DNA from: Eledone cirrhosa
Lineage: Eukaryota
Assembly: GCA_964016885.1 (NCBI GenBank)
Contig: OZ024741.1
Location: 287,122,001-287,186,000, forward strand
Direction: 5' to 3'
Length of the DNA stretch: 64,000 bases
Shown: positions 57,511 to 64,000 of the stretch, piece by piece
Layout of the letters: every line of letters begins with the position of its first letter
Numbering within the stretch: position 1 is the first letter of the stretch
Notes under the pieces: model-generated
Seen by the model: only the letters and a program-made list of their open reading frames with translations
The model's database searches: none
What the model was told of the DNA's origin: nothing
Position numbers and translations under genes: made by a program

Positions 57511-59533
57511 CGCGCAATCCCGACCAGGTCCATACACGACAACCTCCACCTCATACGATACATCATAGAGAGGGTAGGGTGTAAACCCGGCTTCGGTGGG
57601 GCCCTGATCAACTTGGATCAGTCTAAGGCTTTCGATAGGGTTGACCATCCTTACCTGGATGCGGTGCTCGAGGCGGCAGGCTTCGGACCCGTGTTCAGGG
57701 GCTGGATTGCTGCAATGCACAACAGCAACATCTGCTCAAGGGTCAAGGTGAACGGCTACCTCTCGGAGCCGTTCCATATTACGCGATCCATTCGACATGG
57801 GTGCCCTCTCTCCTCCCTTCTGTACGTACTGACTCTCGAGCCACTACTGCGGAAGTTGGAGCTATTGCAGGGCATCCCTCTGGAACCGGGACTGCGGAAA
57901 GTGGCGTCGGCCTACGCCGACGACGTGACAGTAATGGTGTCGAGCGCCTCGCAAATCGAGGAAGTCGGCACGTTACTGAAGGAATACGAAAGTTTCACAG
58001 GAGCGAAGCTGAACCGGGACAAGTCCATCGGTTTGCAACGCGGATCGTGGAGAGGCAAACCGATGCCTTCCGATGCCCTCGTCGGACGCTGGACGGAAGG
58101 ACCGGTAAAGCTGGTCGGGGTCTGGTTTGGTCCGGACCTCCAGGTGGAGAAGAACTGGAACGAAGTGACGGCCAAGGTGTTTGCACTCACCCAGAAGTGG
58201 GCCGAGTGCAAACTATCCTTGAAAGGTCGAGCGGAGGTGGCGAACACTTTTATAGCGTCCGCCATCTACTACCGCTTGACCGTCGTGCCTTGTCCAGCCA
58301 AAACGCTCGCCAAAATGGAACGCGCGCTCTTCCAATTCCTTTGGAAGAGGCGGGCTCCTTTGGTGAGAAGATCCATCTGCTGCCAACACCCTTCTAACGG
58401 AGGGTTGGGGATGCCGTTGTTGACGATGCGCAAACACGCGCTCAGACTTCGGCATCTCTACGTATTCCTCACCGGACAACCGGTGTGGGCCCCGTTCGTG
58501 AGGCGAGCCTTCCCACGACTCGTCTCGCTGACCGAGCTGCAGTCCTGGGTCAAGCAAAGACCGAGGAAAATGGGCGATTGGCACATCGAATGTGCTCAGG
58601 CGCTCACAGTCGTCTGGCAGACGGACCCGGCGATCAGTGGAGACTCCACTTCGTCATTCTATAGAGGGTTGATCCGCAGCAAGTGCGACGACGCGCTCGG
58701 TGAAACTCTAGGCGTAGAGGAAGATGAACTGGCCAGTCTGTTCGGTAGGACCTTCCGCCTAGGACCGATGGACAACTTCCAAAAGTCCCTGGCCTGGCAG
58801 TGCTACCGAGGAGCTCTACCAGTTCGAGACAAGCGCTACAGACATGGGCGCCCGAGCAGGGACCCTGCAAAAAAGATCTGCCCGAGGTGCGTGCGTAACG
58901 AAGAAACCGTCGCGCACGCATTCATACACTGCCCGGACGTCACTGACCTGTAGGGCTATGTAGAACGACTATTGTCGCGGGTGGGACCAATCCGGTTGAC
59001 CACCGAGTCCATTGTCATGAACAAACCGCCACCCTCCTTCAAAAACGAAGGAGAGGCGGTTTTTCTTTGTGTGATAGCTATGGCGAAAGAGGTTGTATGC
59101 TGGACAAGGTTGAAAGGGCTGAGGTCAGACACCTTTCTCTCCGGTCAACAACTGGTTCGCTTCTTCAAATATCATTTTAGAAGAAGAATCAGAGTGGAGA
59201 GAGAGGTGCTGTACCCCAGCAAGTTTTATGAAAGGTGGCTGAAAGTGGCGAGAATGGCCCGAGTGAATGGGCCTTCTCTCTATATCAGCCTGTAGGTTGA
59301 GGAAAAGGAGGAGGAGAAGAAAGGAATACAAACTCTTCGTACTCCTGGAGTTGAGGGTTTCACATTTTTTCGGGGTATGTGTTACCCATATGAACTATCT
59401 CCCCCCATTGGGGAAAATCGACTAACTTTTTAAATTGCATTTGTGATAACATTTTACACGTTTTTATTGTATGTAAACTTCCCCCTTTGTATTTGTCCCC
59501 TTCTTTTGTGCCCCTGTGGCTAATAAAGAAACA
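57511..59533 (+). mobile_element. Tx1/L1-like element copy 3 (5'-truncated in RT, premature stop at 58953)
   Basis: Collinear with 55425-57472 and flanked by (TATC)n. Confidence 0.93.
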
Positions 59534-59589
59534 TATCTATCTATTTACCTCTCTATCTCCCTCTCGATCTCTCTATTCATCTATCCACA

Positions 59590-62124
59590 CTTCCAGTAAC
59601 CGGGGCCCTGTCTATGCGTTCTATCAAGGTTGACCATGCAGGTCACCAACTTGTGGTCTGAATAGCCAACCATGAGCATTTCTGGACAACTTAAAAAGTC
59701 CCTGTCCTTATTTCTAACTAAAAATCTATCTAGGTACGACCTAGATGATCCGCTGCGATTTGACCAAGACCAGGTTGGCACCGTCGGAAAATCTAGTCGA
59801 AATCTATCGGCCAGGTCAAATCGGCCGAGTAACCTCTTGAGGCTGTTACTCGGCCGAGTAACCCCTTGAGGCTGTTACTCGGACGATTTGACCTGGCCGA
59901 TAGATTTCGACTAGATTTTCCGACGGTGCCAACCTGGTCTTAGTCAAATCGCAGCGGATCATCTAGGTCGTACCTAGATAGATTTTTAGTTAGAAATAAG
60001 GACAGGGACTTTTTAAGTTGTCCACAAATGCTCATGGTTGGCTATTCAGACCACAAGTTGGTGACCTGCATGGTCAACCTTGATAGAACGCATAGACAGG
60101 GCCCCGGTTACTGGAAGCTCAACTTGTCCTTGCCGGCAAGTAGAGCCTACAGGGATCGGATTAGTACGTTAGTTAAGGAACGATTGACTGGAGCGATCGT
60201 CAACAGCAGGTGGTGGGTATCTCTAAAGAGAGACATTAGAGTAGTCTCGATAGAATTTAGTAAGGTTCTAGCTGCGGATAGGAATAGGAAGGAAAGGGAG
60301 CTAATAGATAGAGTAGAAGAGGCAATTAGAAGCGGCGACGTGGCCAGAGTGCTAGCGTCGAGAACGGCTTTGAGCCAGTTTTTCGACGCGAAGCACGAAG
60401 GCTGCGTTGTCCGAAGTAAAATACGTGCTCTAGGGAACGAGGGGACCAAAGCTGTTAGCTGGGCCCGCGTGACGGAGGCCAACAGTGGAACTAAATCCTT
60501 CTGTACGTACTCACTCTCGAGCCACTACTGCGGAAGTTGGAGCTATTGCAGGGCATCCCTTTGGAACCGGGACTGCGAAAAGCGGCGTCGGCCTACGCCG
60601 ACGACGTGACAGTAATGGTATCGAGCACCTCGTAAATCGGGGAGATCGGCACCTTACTGGAGGAATACGAAAGGTTCACAGGAGCGAAGCTGAACCGGGA
60701 CAAGTCCGTCGGTTTGTAACTCAGATTGTGGAGAGGCAAACCGATGCCTTCCGACGGCGTCGTCGGACGCTGGAACAAGGTGACAGCCAAGGTGTTTGCG
60801 CTCGCCCAGAAGTGGGCCGAGTGCAAATTATCCTTTAACAGTCGAGCGGAAGTGGCGAACGCTTTCATAGCATCCGTCATCTACTACCGCTTTACCGTCG
60901 TGTCTTGTCCAAGTAAAACGCTCACCAAAATGGAGCGCGCACTCTTCCAATTCCTTTGGAAGAAGCGGGTTCATTTGGTGAGAAGATCCATCTGCTGTCA
61001 ACACCCTTCAAACGCAGGGCTGGGGATTCCATGGCTGACGATGCGCAAACACGCACTCAGACTGCGACACCTCCACGCATTCCTCACCGAACAACCGGTG
61101 TGGGCTCCGTTCGTGAGGCGAACCTTCCCGCGACTCGTCACGCTGACCGAGCTGCAGTCCTGGGTCAAGCAAAGACCGAGGAAAATGGCGACTGGCACAT
61201 TGAATGTGCTCAGGCGCTCACAGTTCTCTGGCAAACGGACCCGGCGATCAGTGGAGACTCCACCTCGTCATTCTATAAAGGGTTAGTCCGCAGAAAGTGC
61301 GACGACACTCTCGGAGAAACTCTAGGCGTAGAGGAAGACGAACTGGCCAGTCTGTTCGGTAGGACATTCCGCCCGGGACCGATGGACAACTTCCAAAAGT
61401 CCCTGACCTGGCAGTGATACCAAGGAGCTCTACCCGTTCGAGACAAGCTCTACAGACACGGGCGCCCGGGCAGGGATCCCTCGAAAAAGATCTGTCCGAG
61501 ATGCGTGCGAGACGAGGAAACCGTCGCGCACGCATTCGAACACTTCCCGGGCGTTACCGACCTGTGGAGCTACGCGGGTGGGACAAATCCCGTTGACCAC
61601 CGAGTCCATTATTGCAATCAAACCGCCAGCTTCCTTCAAAAACGGAGAGGTGGTTTTCCTCTGTGTAATGGCTATGGTGAAAGAAGCTATATGGTGGACG
61701 AGACTAAAAGGGCTGAGGTCAGACACCTTTCTCTCCGGCGAACAACTGGTTCTTCAAATATCATTTTAGAAGAAGAATCAGAGTGGAGAGAGAGAGATGC
61801 TGCACCCCAGCAAATTTTACGAAAGGTGGGTGAATCTGGCAAGGATGGTCCGAGTGGTTGGGCCTTCTCTTTATATAAACCTGTAGGTTGAGGAAAAAGA
61901 GGAAGAGAGGAAAGGAGCGCTCACTCTTCGTGTTCCTGGAGATGAGGGTTGTACATTTTTTCGGAGTGTGTAGAACCCATGTGTAACGCCTCCCCCCTAT
62001 TGGGATTTCAATTGTTAATTGTTATTTGTTATTTTATTAATTCTATTTTTTTACACGCATGTATGTAAACTCCCGACTCTGTATCTGTCCCCATCTTTTT
62101 GCGCCCTTGTGGCAAATAAAGAAA
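59590..62124 (+). mobile_element. Tx1/L1-like element copy 4 (5' foldback, internal deletions, frameshifts)
   Basis: Inverted arm 59590-59833. ~0.85-kb deletion near 60490 and a smaller one near 60773. Same 3' end followed by tatc repeats. Confidence 0.9.
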
Positions 62125-62799
62125 TATATCTATTTAACTATCTATCTATCGTTCTACCTATCTATCTGTATGTGTGGGTGTTTTGTTTGAATGAGACAAA
62201 GTAACTGAATTTACTGCTTTAAAAACAGTTATTCATTATTCCCTGTACATTTCCATATTGTTTGTTTATCTTTCTAAATTTAATTACAGTTGTTTAGGAC
62301 ACGTAGTTGTCATCTAGCAATACAAGAAACAAATGGCTAAATTACTGCAAAATTTTTAAACGCGATGGGATCGTAAATTCATGCAAATAATTCTGGAAAA
62401 TAATTCCAAATTTATTTCCTTTATTCTTGCAGGCTTGTAATTATTTTGTCTCTATTCCTAATTCTGTGCCGTTTTCATTCATTTTTGTAGTTTGCTCTAT
62501 TCCCGTTTCTTTCTATATATTGCCTTGTTTCATTTTAACTGTGAATAATTTCCAGGAAGAATACCAAACGCACAAAACGTGCTTGTTCTTGAAATAGTTT
62601 TTCATTTCCTTAGAATTATTTCTGTAGAAAAACATTTTGTAATACGATCCTGGAATCAATTCCAACGCAAAATGTTAATCAGGCAAATATTTTTCAGTTC
62701 CGGTATTAGAAAATACCGTAATTATATTCGAGTTTAATGAAACGCTTCTTATATTCTGTCATAGCCGTTAAGGTGATTTCAATGATTTTCTGAAGTAAA

Positions 62800-63600
62800 T
62801 CTATCTATAATATTATAAAGCCGAGTGTCGTGTATATTATGTATGTATGTATCCTACAGACCTCCCCATAATTTATTAGCTTTACTCACTCCGTCACTCT
62901 TCCCTCTCTCTATAACAGATCATTCCCCCTCCCTATAATTGAACTGCTTTACTCTCTCTGTCACTCTTCACTCTCAAATATTATAAAGCTGAGCGTCGTC
63001 TCTATCTCTCCCTCTTTCACCCTCTCTATAATTTAACTGCTTCACTCTCTATATGACAACACTCTTTTACTTTCCGTAGAGATGAGCGTCGTATGTAAAT
63101 TCGGTCAACACGTATGTATCCTACACACCTCCCTATAGTTTCTTAGCTTTACTCTCTCCGTCGCTTTTCCCTCTCTCTATAATAGATCCTTCTCCCTCTC
63201 TATAATTTAACTGCTTTACTCTCTCTGTCGCTCTTCACTCTCTATATGACAACACCGATTTAGTTTCCGTATCTCCCTTCAATCATCTGTTGTCGATCGC
63301 ATAAGTAACACACACACACACACATACACACACACACACACACAAATACACATACTTTCACACCTGATTTCGTCAATTGCCGGATAACATCAAAACGAAA
63401 CACAGACACACACATGCACATACACAAACACACACACGCATACACAAACACACACACACATATATATACTTATAAAGCTGACGGTCGTATGTATGTATGT
63501 ATGTATGTATGTCTATAATTTAACAGCTTTACTCTCTCTGTCGCTCTTCACTCTTTATATGACAACACTGTTTTAGTTTCCGTATCTCCCTTCAATATAT
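62800..63600. repeat. Patchwork of local direct repeats, possibly Helitron-like non-autonomous termini
   Basis: ttataaagc(c/t)ga..gtcgt recurs near 62813, 62981, 63470 and tataatttaactgctttactctct recurs several times. The Helitron call is by resemblance only. Confidence 0.45.
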
Positions 63601-63609
63601 ACACACACA

Positions 63610-64000
63610 TTAGTTTACAGATTATGCATTTCTTATCTATACAGGGAGGTCTTTGAAAAGGGTATACCCTTTTCAAAGACCTCCCTGTATAGATAAGAAA
63701 TGCATAATCTGTAAACTAAGCCCTCATATTAACTGTAAAACTAGAAATGTAGTATATAGCATAAGATGTACTGAAGGACAATGTAAAGATAATAATATAG
63801 TGTACATAGGTGAGACAGCTCGTAGTATAGGAGAACGGTTAAATGAACACTGGCGAGAGCTTCAAGATAAAAAAGAATCATCAATACTCCACCAACATGC
63901 TAAAATAGAACATAAGAGCAAATTAGAGAACATAGAAATAAAGATAGAATCTACACACAGAAAAGACGCAATGTTTAGACAAATCACAGAGGCAATAAAC
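63610..64000 (+). mobile_element. PLE family B-related 3' fragment with a 110-bp perfect palindrome at its 5' junction, running off the window
   Basis: From 63665: YPFQRPPCIDKKCIICKLSPHINCKTRNVVYSIRCTEGQC..YIGETARSIGERL. Confidence 0.9.

Overview
AT-rich, microsatellite-laden eukaryotic DNA. The SINE families and retroelement mix resemble an octopus or other cephalopod genome (inference). The only host gene visible is a minus-strand class B1 (CRF/DH44-receptor-like) GPCR: two phase-compatible exons (44038-44164, 26379-26532) separated by a 17.5-kb intron. The rest is mostly retroelement debris: a frameshifted R4/Dong-like element, a CR1-group LINE, two Penelope-like (PLE, RT + GIY-YIG) families including a 1.9-kb-arm inverted pair, four Tx1/L1-like copies separated by (TATC)n, SINEs and a hAT-like MITE. 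The main unannotated signal is RNA structure. A 316-bp tandem array (21081-22149) carries in each full unit a type I hammerhead ribozyme with a compensatory U3-A8 core, and is fused between PLE fragments. This is a candidate non-LTR retrozyme/circular-RNA system mobilised by the PLE. About ten further intact or damaged hammerhead motifs occur in the window, with an apparent strand bias relative to the host gene. All folds and alignments were derived by eye and none has been computed or tested.
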